Virus record (IMG/VR): IMGVR_UViG_3300043313_002018
Coordinates: 6,730 to 70,729 of that record
Source of the DNA: a virus
Strand: one strand, 5' to 3'
DNA length: 64,000 nt
The notes below the pieces were generated by a model. The model did no database searches. It was not told the DNA's origin and worked only from the letters and a program-made list of their open reading frames with translations. Shown piece by piece: positions 27,991 through 36,804 of this stretch. Made by a program: the position numbers and the translations under genes. The stretch's first letter is position 1. Every line of letters starts with the position of its first letter.

Positions 27991-29399
27991 CTCAGCACCT
28001 CCGCCGGCGGCACGGGGAGTTCCGGTTCGACGACGTGCGGCTGCACGCTCGGGTCATTCTTCAGCCGCTGCACGACCACCGGCCCGCGCTGGGCGCCGGC
28101 AATCTCCCGCGCGACCTCCGCTTCCTGGAACGCGGTGTCGCGGATCTCGGTGATGAGGGAGGCAGGCTGAATGGTGTACAGGGTGCGCAGCGGCCGCGCG
28201 ACGTTGCGGAGCTTGTCGATCTGCTCTGGGCTGAAGATGCTGCGCCCCGAGTACTGAAACGCCTCCCCAGGTTCCGCCGGATACTCCTCGAAGAACTTGT
28301 ACAGCACGCCCTTCTGCTGCGCCGCTTCGTAGCTGCGGAAGTACCAGTAGAGCTGCTCTTTGCTCAGCTCGAACGACCGCCGCATCCACCGCGGCGCGTG
28401 CCGGTTGACCCGCGCGGCGTAATCCAGGCAGTACCCGGGAGGTTCCCAGCCGTCCGGCACCGGCATCCAGTACTTGCTGCGCTCGGCGTACCACGGAATG
28501 AAGATGTTGAAGCTGCGGCCATATCCCCGTTCCGTCGCCAGCCACTCGTTGTGCCACCAGTTGTGGCGACCCTTGGCCGTGCTCTCCTTCATCCAGAGCG
28601 TGCGCGGCGTGCGCGCGATCGCCGGATCGAGGGAGTCGTCAATGGTTTCGGCGTACTCCCAGGTGCTGAGCTCGCTCAGGTGCACGCAGGAGTAGGTCTT
28701 CGATCGACCCAGTTGCCCCTTCTGCCCACCCTCGTCCGAGAGGCCGCCCTTCATGCTCTTGCCGGCTTCCACGACCACGCTCGAGTGATTCGTGAACACA
28801 ATGTGCCGGTCCTTCGTGTGAAACTTCTCCCCGGGCTTCAGCCACCAGGGCAGCTCCTCGACCACCAGCTCCAGCATCCCGAACAAGCCCGTGCTCCCCG
28901 AATTCTCGGGCACGTCGCTTGCAATCATGCTCTTTGTGTACGATTGCGTCGTCGTCCGATGAGCCACCAAACTCTGGCAGAGCGTGCTGGCGCCCAGCTG
29001 ACGGCCCTTCAGAATATTCCCCACGAGGCCGTCCGGATGGCCGCTCGAGAAACGCTTCTCTTCCTCGTCGGCGAGCGCCGCCAGGATCAGCTCCTGGGAT
29101 TCCCACAACGGGTACATCGGCGACACGCCGGTATCCGGGCGAATGATCTTGCAGTAGCGCTCGGCCCAGTGGCGCCAGCTGAGTTTCGTCAGCACCCGCT
29201 CGTTGCGGATGAACCACTGCTCGTCCGCGGAGAGCGCGCGGATGACGCCTTTCTTGGGATCGTGCGCGGTGGCGAGCTGCCGGGTAAGCAGCTGGCACTG
29301 GGGGACTGGCAGGCTCTCCACCGCGCCGCCGACGGCTGCGCCAAGGGGTGAGCCGAGCAGCAGCTTGAGCCGCGCGTCGACGACAGCCTGGGAGTACAT
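27987..29399 (-). CDS. terL: Terminase large subunit, N-terminal ATPase domain (separate ORF)
   Basis: Walker A ILKGRQLGAST, Walker B VHLSELSTW, ESTAKG...W..EW, FFEEYP....EAF; start MYSQAVV at 29399. Confidence 0.85.
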   Translation of the reverse strand: MYSQAVVDARLKLLLGSPLGAAVGGAVESLPVPQCQLLTRQLATAHDPKKGVIRALSADEQWFIRNERVLTKLSWRHWAERYCKIIRPDTGVSPMYPLWESQELILAALADEEEKRFSSGHPDGLVGNILKGRQLGASTLCQSLVAHRTTTQSYTKSMIASDVPENSGSTGLFGMLELVVEELPWWLKPGEKFHTKDRHIVFTNHSSVVVEAGKSMKGGLSDEGGQKGQLGRSKTYSCVHLSELSTWEYAETIDDSLDPAIARTPRTLWMKESTAKGRHNWWHNEWLATERGYGRSFNIFIPWYAERSKYWMPVPDGWEPPGYCLDYAARVNRHAPRWMRRSFELSKEQLYWYFRSYEAAQQKGVLYKFFEEYPAEPGEAFQYSGRSIFSPEQIDKLRNVARPLRTLYTIQPASLITEIRDTAFQEAEVAREIAGAQRGPVVVQRLKNDPSVQPHVVEPELPVPPAEVLS

Positions 29400-29415
29400 G
29401 GCGGGAGGGGCGCGG

Positions 29416-29703
29416 CTAGGGGCCGCCCCAGGTGGCGCGCAGGGAGACGCCGCCAACCCAGCTCCGATCGAGCGGCGCATTCCACCCGCTCTTACCGATC
29501 CACAGTGCCGCGGTCATTTTCCCGTCCGCACTGCGACTGGCAATCACCAGATTCACCCCGGTGCGCGTCTGCACGTTGAGCGCCGCGGTAGTCGCACCCG
29601 CCGGCACCTTCTCGAGCTCGAGCGCCACCTGCCGCTGCAGGTCGTCGCTGAGGGTGGCCGCCGGAAACGGCACCACTGCGACGCCCGGTAGTGTCTCAGA
29701 CAT
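29416..29703 (-). CDS. Hypothetical protein (amphipathic beta-strands)
   Basis: Coupled ORF in the lysis region. Confidence 0.45.
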   Translation of the reverse strand: MSETLPGVAVVPFPAATLSDDLQRQVALELEKVPAGATTAALNVQTRTGVNLVIASRSADGKMTAALWIGKSGWNAPLDRSWVGGVSLRATWGGP

Positions 29704-30085
29704 TGCCGGTCAGCAGCGGGAACTTGCCTTCGAGCTTGCCGAAGATCGTCACTAGATCCTTGAGCAACGCCACCGTCGGCCCGGCAATCGCCAGCAGCGA
29801 CGCCTTCTTTAGGACGTCCGCAAAGTCCCCGCTCGGAATCATGTCGTGCCCGTAGGAGGTCAGCATCGCGGTGATGATGCCCACGAGCGCCGTGAAGTAG
29901 GCATTGCCAAACCGGATGAGCAGCGCCAGCGCCACCGGCACGACCTTCACCACGATATTCGGCGTGGTCGTGCCCGGCGTCACCATCACCTGGTCGTGCA
30001 TGTGCGGCGGGAGGCCGTCGCCGTCGGTCCCGGCGACCACGGCGACCTTAACCGGTACCGGGCCGATGAACTGCTCGTCTGCCAT
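29696..30085 (-). CDS. Holin-like membrane protein (2 TM)
   Basis: VVPVALALLIRFGNAYFTALVGIITAML and ASLLAIAGPTVALL hydrophobic helices. Confidence 0.5.
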   Translation of the reverse strand: MADEQFIGPVPVKVAVVAGTDGDGLPPHMHDQVMVTPGTTTPNIVVKVVPVALALLIRFGNAYFTALVGIITAMLTSYGHDMIPSGDFADVLKKASLLAIAGPTVALLKDLVTIFGKLEGKFPLLTGNV

Positions 30086-30098
30086 GGGGGACCCCTTC

Positions 30099-30806
30099 CT
30101 ACCAGACGATCGGCGGCTTGCCCTGGGATGTGCGCTCAGCGTTCAGCGCCGCGCGCCATTCCGGCTGGTGCTTGGCGATCGACGCCTCGATCGTCTTGCA
30201 GTTGCCGACCAAGAAGTCGTAGTTCGTGCGGTGCGGCCACGTGCCGCATTCGCCGTCGAGGCCGGGCTTCTCCGCCCGCTTGTAGTCCTCCTCGAGCAGA
30301 CGGGTGATTTTCTTCCCGCCTTCATCGCCGCCGAGGGACTCGTAACTCGGGTACACGGGCGTCGCCGGCACCGGCGGAATCGGGGGCACCACCACCCCGC
30401 CACCCGTGAGGTAGCTCAGTTCATCCGCGGTCAGCGGCTTGGGCGCCACCCACAGGTTGTTCGTGCGCCGTTCCTTGAGGTCGGCCGGCGTCAACCGGGT
30501 CACGAGCGTCGCGCCCGGCGCGCCACTCCCGCCCACCAAGTCGATGACGTTGAGCAGATCGGCCTGATCGCCGTTGCCGGCAATCGCGTCTTCGGCCCAG
30601 CCATCGACGTTGGTTTCGCCCGAGGTTTTGCTGAGCCACCCGCACAGCGTGCGATCGCCACTGGGGTTGACGTCGTACGCCACGAGACGCGCGAACAAGC
30701 TGGCCGCGCGCTGGTCGCCGGCTTTCACACGAACGAAGTAGCCCTGCGCTTCGCGGGCCTGGGCCATCTGCAGGATACGATCGAGGTGCGGCTGTGAGAC
30801 GGGCAT
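30099..30806 (-). CDS. Hypothetical lysis-region protein sharing a motif with the needle tip domain
   Basis: GWLSKTSG...EDAIA...IDLVGG; Pro linker; helical C-terminal domain; AGGAG RBS. Confidence 0.6.
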   Translation of the reverse strand: MPVSQPHLDRILQMAQAREAQGYFVRVKAGDQRAASLFARLVAYDVNPSGDRTLCGWLSKTSGETNVDGWAEDAIAGNGDQADLLNVIDLVGGSGAPGATLVTRLTPADLKERRTNNLWVAPKPLTADELSYLTGGGVVVPPIPPVPATPVYPSYESLGGDEGGKKITRLLEEDYKRAEKPGLDGECGTWPHRTNYDFLVGNCKTIEASIAKHQPEWRAALNAERTSQGKPPIVW

Positions 30807-30837
30807 GCGCGTGCTCCTGGAATGGACGGTTGCGAAT

Positions 30838-31026
30838 TTAATGCGGCCGAGCGATATCAAACGGTGGCGCACATCCCGCTTCCTGCATGAGGCACAGCAG
30901 CAGGATGATCGCGGCCGTCCCTACCAGCACCGCCATCAGCCACTTGGGCATCGGGGTCCCGGTCAGCACGCAGTACAACACCACCAGCAGGACAATCAGG
31001 CCAATGACGCTCAGAATCAGGCTCAT
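30838..31026 (-). CDS. Small two-TM membrane protein
   Basis: MSLILSVIGLIVLLVVLYCVL..TPMPKWL..VLV...IILLL. Confidence 0.6.
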   Translation of the reverse strand: MSLILSVIGLIVLLVVLYCVLTGTPMPKWLMAVLVGTAAIILLLCLMQEAGCAPPFDIARPH

Positions 31027-31044
31027 GGGGCTTCTCCGGCGGGG

Positions 31045-31057
31045 ACTATAGCACGGC
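31045..31057 (-). promoter_or_regulatory. Internal extended -10 (GCCGTGCTATAGT)
   Basis: Upstream of the 31026 ATG; matches the 26781 motif. Confidence 0.4.
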
Positions 31058-31076
31058 TCTTGCAGCAGCGTGTCCC

Positions 31077-31256
31077 ATGGACCTGATCCTCCTCGCGCTC
31101 GTGGTGGCGGTGGTCGCGGCGATTGTGTGGTGGATTACGACCAATTTGGTCAAGGAACCCACCCTGGTGAAGATTATCTGGTTCCTCACCGTGCTCGTGC
31201 TGGGGTTTTACGTGTTACGCCAGCTGGGTATTGCGATTCCTAATGTGATTCACTAA
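31077..31256 (+). CDS. Small two-TM membrane protein (59 aa), antisense to the late operon
   Basis: Manual translation MDLILLALVVAVVAAIVWWITTNLVKEPTLVKIIWFLTVLVLGFYVLRQLGIAIPNVIH; below the ORF-track cutoff. Confidence 0.65.
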   Translation: MDLILLALVVAVVAAIVWWITTNLVKEPTLVKIIWFLTVLVLGFYVLRQLGIAIPNVIH

Positions 31257-31345
31257 TTTTTTCCCACTGCTCCCCCGCGGCTTCCGGTATTCTGCGCCTG
31301 ATGCCGCGAGGGTTGCGTTTGCACGGTTTCTGCAGGTAGGTCGGT

Positions 31346-31495
31346 ATGACTGCCAATACCGTTGTGCTGCTGACGATCGTGCTCGGGACGGTCGTCCACA
31401 CGCTCTGCGACCTCTTTGCCTACGCCCGCGCCAAGAAAAACGACAGCGCCCGGCTCTCCAGCCCCTCTTCATCGAGCTTTCGCACCGACCCCTGA
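31346..31495 (+). CDS. Possible 49-aa single-TM peptide overlapping the endolysin 3' end
   Basis: MTANTVVLLTIVLGTVVHTLCDLFAYARAKK...; weak AGGT RBS. Confidence 0.3.
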   Translation: MTANTVVLLTIVLGTVVHTLCDLFAYARAKKNDSARLSSPSSSSFRTDP

Positions 31496-31998
31496 TCGAC
31501 CGCCTGGTCGATCATGTACGAGCGGGCGGCAACGAGGGCATCATTCACCAGGCGCGCGGTGACATTCGGAAAATACGGCTCCGCACTCCAGTCGCCCAGC
31601 AGCTGCCGCAGCTTCTGCAACGTCTTGTCGTTCAGCGTGCCGGTCGGCTCGACGTAAATGACCCGCTGCAGCCAGCGAATGGCGCGCGCCGGGCCGGAAT
31701 TCACGCCAAAATCAATGAGCTGCACCCGCAAGGGCTCAAACGGGATGTTGGCGTGGGTAAATCCCGGCTCCTCGATGTAAAACAGGCGGTAAATCGCCCG
31801 CGCGGTGTCGAGCGGCAGCGCCCGAAAGCCCTCGCGCGTCGCCGACAGCCCTGTTACGCGTCGGATATACCGCTGGTAGGTGTCCCAGGTGATGCCGTAG
31901 AGCGTTTCCGGGTCCACCGAGCCGTTTGGGCGCTCGACTTCGGGGCGATGCCCGCCTTCCCGCGCGAGAATGCCATCGAGAATGTCGATTTCCGTCAT
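31420..31998 (-). CDS. Endolysin, glycoside hydrolase family 108 with a PG-binding tail
   Basis: ILAREGG...D....TLYGIT...A..IY...Y...LIDFGVNSGP.RAIRWLQR. Confidence 0.85.
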   Translation of the reverse strand: MTEIDILDGILAREGGHRPEVERPNGSVDPETLYGITWDTYQRYIRRVTGLSATREGFRALPLDTARAIYRLFYIEEPGFTHANIPFEPLRVQLIDFGVNSGPARAIRWLQRVIYVEPTGTLNDKTLQKLRQLLGDWSAEPYFPNVTARLVNDALVAARSYMIDQAVDQGSVRKLDEEGLESRALSFFLARA

Positions 31999-32270
31999 TT
32001 CCGGCTCAATTTCTCCACCGCGGCGGCCGTGCGCGAGATATCCTCAGCAATTTGATCGAGGCGGGTCTTCAGCACCGCGTTGTCGATCTGCAGCTGGGAG
32101 AGCGTGGCGCGCTGGCCGCGCAGGTCTTGCGCATCCGCGTCCACCTTCTTGACCAGATCGTCGCGAATGGCGGTGTTGGTCGCCACCCAGACCCCAATGC
32201 CGAAGATCCCAATGAGCAGCCCGCGGTCCAGCGTGAGCAGCTTGTCGGTCGAGCGCGTCGACGGCTGCAC
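31995..32270 (-). CDS. Holin-like/membrane-anchored coiled-coil protein
   Basis: GTG start with GGAG RBS; TM GLLIGIFGIGVWVAT then a coiled coil; directly upstream of the endolysin. Confidence 0.55.
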   Translation of the reverse strand: MQPSTRSTDKLLTLDRGLLIGIFGIGVWVATNTAIRDDLVKKVDADAQDLRGQRATLSQLQIDNAVLKTRLDQIAEDISRTAAAVEKLSRK

Positions 32271-32271
32271 G

Positions 32272-32979
32272 TTACTCCGCGCCGGCGCCATCCGGGTCGA
32301 CCTCGGTCGGCTCGGCATCGACGATTTCTGGCACCCCGCTGCCGGCGCCGAACAACACGCGATCCATGGCTTCCTGCATGCGCTCGTAGCCCTCGTAGCT
32401 ACCGCCGCCAAAGGTAGCGACTTGTACCGAGGTATTGACCTGCACCCCGCCGCCTTTGCCGGTGAGGCCGCCCATCTCGAGGGCCAAGTCCCGGCAGGTC
32501 GTATCCGCCGGGAAGGTCAGCTTGCCGCCACCCCGGCATACCCCGCAGTCCTGCGGGGACGGATTGGGCTCGCTCTTAGTCGGGTCCGCGGTGATCTTCC
32601 CGGTGCCCAGGCATTCCGTGCAGGTGTCCTCGTAGTCAGCCGCCTTGTGCATGACCTCGTGGACCACGGTGGGGAGTCGCTCCGCGATATGGCGCTTGGC
32701 GAGGAGTTGAGAGCGCAGCTCGCTGCCGGAGGCCAACGCCGCGATGAGCTCCCCCGGAAGGATTCTGCCCATCTGGCAGATCTCGGCCAGGTTCCGCGCG
32801 TTGTGGTCCGGGTCGGCAATCAGCCCTAGCAGGTACCGGACGTCCTTGGTCTGCTTGGCGAAGGTGAGCGCCTGTACCAGCGCCTGCCGCCCGCCGAATT
32901 CCAGCTCGAGCCGATCGAGCTCCACCCGCGCGTTGAGCGCCAGGGGGACGGGGCCGCTGCGCTTGGCGAGGCCGGCCAC
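32272..32979 (-). CDS. Candidate terminase small subunit with a DnaJ-type Zn finger
   Basis: Likely GTG start 32979 (TAGTG coupling); CTECLGTG and CGVCRGGG; C-terminal VQVNTSVQV strand typical of TerS. Confidence 0.5.
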   Translation of the reverse strand: MAGLAKRSGPVPLALNARVELDRLELEFGGRQALVQALTFAKQTKDVRYLLGLIADPDHNARNLAEICQMGRILPGELIAALASGSELRSQLLAKRHIAERLPTVVHEVMHKAADYEDTCTECLGTGKITADPTKSEPNPSPQDCGVCRGGGKLTFPADTTCRDLALEMGGLTGKGGGVQVNTSVQVATFGGGSYEGYERMQEAMDRVLFGAGSGVPEIVDAEPTEVDPDGAGAE

Positions 32980-33359
32980 TACTGGAGAGTCCCCGCGCCG
33001 GGTACGTCGGCGCTCAGCCGCTGCTCCGCCTCTGTGTACAGGCGTTCGTACTCCTGCACCAGCCGCTCTTCGTCGAGGAGCTCGCCGTGCTGCACGTACC
33101 AGAGGGACCGGAGTTCCTCCATGCGTGCCGCCTTGAGGTCGCGCTCGCTGCCGTGCTCGGCGTACACGTCGACCGGCTGCTGGTCGGGTGGCGGGACGCC
33201 TAGTACGAGGTCCCGGTAGCTCGGATCGCTGTGGCAGAGGTACGTACGCACCGTCTCCGCGAGGTCCTCGCTCGCTGCCGCCTGGCGCTCCGCCGCCAGC
33301 ACCCGCCGTTCCAGCAGCGGTACGAGCGCGGCCAGCAGTACTTTTGCCCATTCCAGCAC
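32979..33359 (-). CDS. Hypothetical protein, first gene of the late operon
   Basis: Helical acidic ORF; likely GTG start 33359. Confidence 0.5.
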   Translation of the reverse strand: MLEWAKVLLAALVPLLERRVLAAERQAAASEDLAETVRTYLCHSDPSYRDLVLGVPPPDQQPVDVYAEHGSERDLKAARMEELRSLWYVQHGELLDEERLVQEYERLYTEAEQRLSADVPGAGTLQ

Positions 33360-34134
33360 GAGCGGGATAGTCGCATAGGCGCGGCGCGTACGCAAGGGCA
33401 GACACCGGGGAGGGACGCCAGCGGGTGCAGTTCCTGTGCACAGACCGGCTGCCAGCCGTACAGAGGTACGTACAGAGCTCGAGGCCTCGGGCGTGGCCAC
33501 GTGCTAGGCGCACTTTTCTGCCGTTAGTACAAAACTTCAGGGTATCAGTGCTGTCAAGAGCGAAAGCCCCGGGCAGGCCCAGGCGAAAGGTATCCCGCAA
33601 GTCCAGCTGCGCCAACAGCTTGCAGCTAAATTCTGTGCACAGACCGACCACGTTCCCCCATCGAAAATAAATTTGTCCCAAGCCGGTCCCGCTCGTCCGG
33701 CCTGGCCGGGGGCCTGGCGCGGACAATGGCGGCGCGTGCGGCATCGCTCGAGCCGGAGCCATGCGGGCAGTAGATAGCTGACAGCACTGGGCCCTACTCC
33801 AGCCCGCCCTAGGTTGTCAACCAGTACGCGTACCGCCGCCCCTGTAGACAGATACCCCGTGATAGCTGTAGGATGCTGGTGTATGGGTAAGCAGTCAGTC
33901 AGTCAGCAGCGCCGTAGCGCCCGCCCTGTGTACAGCAGCAGCGTATGCCCCAGTGGTGCAGGCGTGGTGACGGCATCGCGCCGTATCCCCGACCTACTCT
34001 CGACCCTGCCCCTGTCCACACGGCAGCTCGCCCGCGCGCTGCAGGCAGAACGCAAAGCAGAGAGCCGGACAGCCCGGCAACAGCAGCCACGACCGCAGCG
34101 GCAATCCCGCCGCACTTCCCGCTAGGAGCCCACC
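33360..34134. promoter_or_regulatory. Divergent late/early control region; candidate pac site or genome-end region
   Basis: Strand switch; AT-richer patches (tcgaaaataaatttgt); reverse TTGACA at 33552 and 33815; four CTGT-N2-ACAG palindromes; 14-bp direct repeat CTGTGCACAGACCG (33434, 33633). Confidence 0.6.
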
Positions 34135-34797
34135 ATGCCGACCCGCAAGGAACTTATCGAACGAGACGCCACGATCGCCGACCGCTGTACACACACCCGC
34201 AAGCGTGCCGAGCCTGCCACCGTGGATGCGCTCGATCCGCTCGTGACCTTCAGCGTGTGGATCTGCATTGAGAAGCACGACCAGAACGCGGACGCCGAGC
34301 AGGAGTACGACGAGCTGGACGCGCCCGGCGCCGCTGTCGCCACCTTCGACACCTACGACGAGGCGTACGCCTACGCCGAGCAGCTGACCACACAGGCCGA
34401 GCAGATCGAGCCGCCCGCCGCCAGCCTGCCCGCAGGCATTGCGAACACGCCCCACAACCGACAGGCGATTTACGCCGAGCTGCTGAACCTCTGCGCGAAC
34501 CCCAGCATCGAATACCCCGACTTCCTCCGTCTGCAGACGCTCAACGGGCGAGTCGGCCACCTCGGCACGGCCAACGGCAGCTGGCAGATGGATATCATGC
34601 GCCGGGGACGCGCGGGGGACGTCGACGCGCCGGTCGACACCCTCACCATTCCCGCGACCCACTCCGGCAGCGCCGAAGGCATCGCGCGCTTCTGTGTCGG
34701 CACCCTTGCGGGCCTGCTGGCCTACACGGCCTACCCGACCGAGCAGGCCGCCAAGGCCGCCGACCGCGCAGAGAGGCAAGCCCGCAATGACCGCTAG
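34135..34797 (+). CDS. Early hypothetical protein
   Basis: AGGAG RBS; first plus-strand gene. Confidence 0.6.
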   Translation: MPTRKELIERDATIADRCTHTRKRAEPATVDALDPLVTFSVWICIEKHDQNADAEQEYDELDAPGAAVATFDTYDEAYAYAEQLTTQAEQIEPPAASLPAGIANTPHNRQAIYAELLNLCANPSIEYPDFLRLQTLNGRVGHLGTANGSWQMDIMRRGRAGDVDAPVDTLTIPATHSGSAEGIARFCVGTLAGLLAYTAYPTEQAAKAADRAERQARNDR

Positions 34798-34828
34798 CCA
34801 CCACCCGCAGATCCAAGGAGCCGACACC

Positions 34829-35335
34829 ATGAGCGATTCAGTCACCGTCAAGATCCTGCCGAATGACAAGGGCATCCCCTCCGGCAAGCTGGCCGACGCC
34901 GAGCTGCACTTTCACGCGGGCCCACTGGCTGGCCTGCGCTTACTCGGCTTTGCCATCTGGCAGAGCCGCGTGAAGGGTAGCGCCTGCAATGTGACCTTTC
35001 CCGCCCGCACCTACAGCGTAAACGGTGAGCGCCGAAGCTTTGCCCTCTTGCGTCCTAGCGACAGCGGGATTGACGGACAAGAGCGCATCCGCGCGTTGAT
35101 CCTGCAGGCATACGCCGAGCAGGTGGAGCAGGCCGCAGCGCCCGCCGCGCCGAGCGTGCCCGCCTTCGACCCCAAGACGGCATTTGCCGTGCCTGCAGCC
35201 GCGCCCGCGCCCGCACGTGAAGAAGGCCCGCAAGTCCCCGAGGAACGCTATCAGGCCGAACAGCAGAACGGCCGTACCGCCACCGACACCCGCAAGTTCA
35301 GCGCCCAGCAGGGCAGCGTATTGGATCTCTTCTAA
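34829..35335 (+). CDS. SpoVG-like nucleic-acid-binding protein
   Basis: VKILPNDKG.P.GKLADAELHF..GPL.GL.L.GFAIW...NVTFPAR.YSVNGERRSFALLRP; AAGGAG RBS before ATG 34829. Confidence 0.65.
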   Translation: MSDSVTVKILPNDKGIPSGKLADAELHFHAGPLAGLRLLGFAIWQSRVKGSACNVTFPARTYSVNGERRSFALLRPSDSGIDGQERIRALILQAYAEQVEQAAAPAAPSVPAFDPKTAFAVPAAAPAPAREEGPQVPEERYQAEQQNGRTATDTRKFSAQQGSVLDLF

Positions 35336-35448
35336 CGGTCGAAACGGCGGAGGACTGGAGGCCCTCCGCCGTACGCGCCGATTGGCCCCGGCGCGCTGAT
35401 GAGACAGGCCGCAACCGATAACCGACCGATAGAAGGAAGGCTGAGACT

Positions 35449-36480
35449 ATGGCACACATGATCGATGAATCCACCGGACTGGCCGCGATCGCCTACGCAG
35501 GCGGCACCCCGTGGCACAAGCTGGGCCGACGCATGACCGAGGAGCAACGCAGAAGCTTAGAGCTGGCGATGCAGGCCGCCGGGCTCAACTGGACGGTGGA
35601 CGCCACCCCGCTGCAGTACCTCCGCCCGTGCGGGCCCGGCAGTAACAACGGCTTTGCCACCGTGCCCGACGCCGCCGGGATCATCCGCCAGGACACCGGC
35701 GCCTACCTTGCCACCGTTGGAAAGGGGTACACCCCGATTCAGAACCGCGAAGCCTTTGACGTGCTCGCCCCACTGGTCGAGAACCACGGTTGCACGATCG
35801 AAGTTATGGCGTCGCTCGACAGCGGACGTCGTACCTTCGCCCTATTGAAGATGCCCGACGCCACCATCACGCCGGCAACAGGGGATGATGTTCGCGGGTA
35901 CGTGCTCGTTACCAATGCCCACGACGGCAGCAGCGCTGTCCGCGCCCAGCTCACCCCGATCCGCGTGGTCTGCCAGAACACGCTGACCTTGAGTCAGGCC
36001 ACCAAGCACAGCACGGCGGCAGTCGTGCGCCACACCAAGAGCGCGCCCGATCGCTTGAAGCAGGCCGCCGAAATCGTGGAGCGCATGCAACAGGCCCTAG
36101 CCAAGACCGGCGAGACGTACGCGGAACTCGCCGCGCGCGCGATGAACGCCAAGGAGCTCGCCGCCTACATCGAGACGGTGATCCCGGCGCCCGCCGCCGA
36201 CGTCGCCGCCAACACCATCAGCGAGGTAATCAAGGCGCGCCGGGAAGCCATCGCCGATCTGATCTTCCACGGGCATCACGTGCCCGACCACATCACCAAC
36301 AGCACCTACGGGATTAGCTCCGCATGGCGCGCGTACAACGCCGTCACGGAGTACTTCGACCACATCCGCGCGACCGAGGCCAAGAGCAGCAGCGCCCGCG
36401 CGACCGCGTATGACAGTGCCTTGTTTGGCGGGAATGCCGCGATCAAGGCGCGCGCGCTTAATGTGCTGGTGGCAGCGTAG
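35449..36480 (+). CDS. DUF932/DUF945 family protein (phage/plasmid-like)
   Basis: MAH....AY.G.TPWHKLG, AGLNWTV, PIQN.EAFD, N.HDGS, P.RVVC.NTL. Confidence 0.85.
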   Translation: MAHMIDESTGLAAIAYAGGTPWHKLGRRMTEEQRRSLELAMQAAGLNWTVDATPLQYLRPCGPGSNNGFATVPDAAGIIRQDTGAYLATVGKGYTPIQNREAFDVLAPLVENHGCTIEVMASLDSGRRTFALLKMPDATITPATGDDVRGYVLVTNAHDGSSAVRAQLTPIRVVCQNTLTLSQATKHSTAAVVRHTKSAPDRLKQAAEIVERMQQALAKTGETYAELAARAMNAKELAAYIETVIPAPAADVAANTISEVIKARREAIADLIFHGHHVPDHITNSTYGISSAWRAYNAVTEYFDHIRATEAKSSSARATAYDSALFGGNAAIKARALNVLVAA

Positions 36481-36490
36481 GCTTCAAGGG

Positions 36491-36549
36491 TAGACCGTAG
36501 GCCGGGACACAATCCCGGCCCTCGGCGTACCCTTTTGGAGGCTGAGACA
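36491..36549 (+). repeat. Intergenic cassette, copy 1
   Basis: TAGACCGTAGGCC-stem-GGCCCTCGGCGTACCCTTTTGGAGGCTGAGACA. Confidence 0.85.
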
Positions 36550-36551
36550 CC

Positions 36552-36749
36552 ATGACCGTGACCCAACTACATAAGACGCTCACCGCGCTGATTCAGCAGG
36601 GGAAAGGCCGTCATCAAATCCAGGCGCTGATCGACACGCCGGATTCCTTCAGCGACGGGGAGTTAGTGGACGTGGCGATCCATCACAGCAAGCCTCGGAT
36701 CGTGCTGCATATCGAACAGCTCCCGGCACCGGAGGACAGAAGAGGTTAG
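36552..36749 (+). CDS. Early hypothetical protein
   Basis: Flanked by cassette copies 1 and 2. Confidence 0.65.
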   Translation: MTVTQLHKTLTALIQQGKGRHQIQALIDTPDSFSDGELVDVAIHHSKPRIVLHIEQLPAPEDRRG

Positions 36750-36804
36750 ACGGTAGGCCTGCAGCAATGCAGGCCCTCCGCGTACCCTTTTGGAGGCTGA
36801 GACA
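36747..36804 (+). repeat. Intergenic cassette, copy 2
   Basis: TAGACGGTAGGCC-stem-GGCCCTCCGCGTACCCTTTTGGAGGCTGAGACA. Confidence 0.85.

Noticed and set aside
29416-29703. Spanin
   Set aside because: No lipobox or signal peptide; amphipathic strands alone are insufficient.
32980-33762. 496-aa ORF 32272..33762 as one protein
   Set aside because: The upstream half is low-complexity read-through across another gene and the control region; a coupled GTG at 32979 is more plausible.
34138-34151. 14-nt repeat CCGACCCGCAAGGA also at 53351 (possible boxB-like GNRA hairpin)
   Set aside because: Both copies are in-frame PTRK codons with only a 2-bp stem; too weak without further copies.
36491-36804. 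Possible CRISPR mini-array
   Set aside because: Only two full copies, separated by a whole gene; no spacer periodicity and no cas genes. The PD-(D/E)XK nuclease fits a recombination module.
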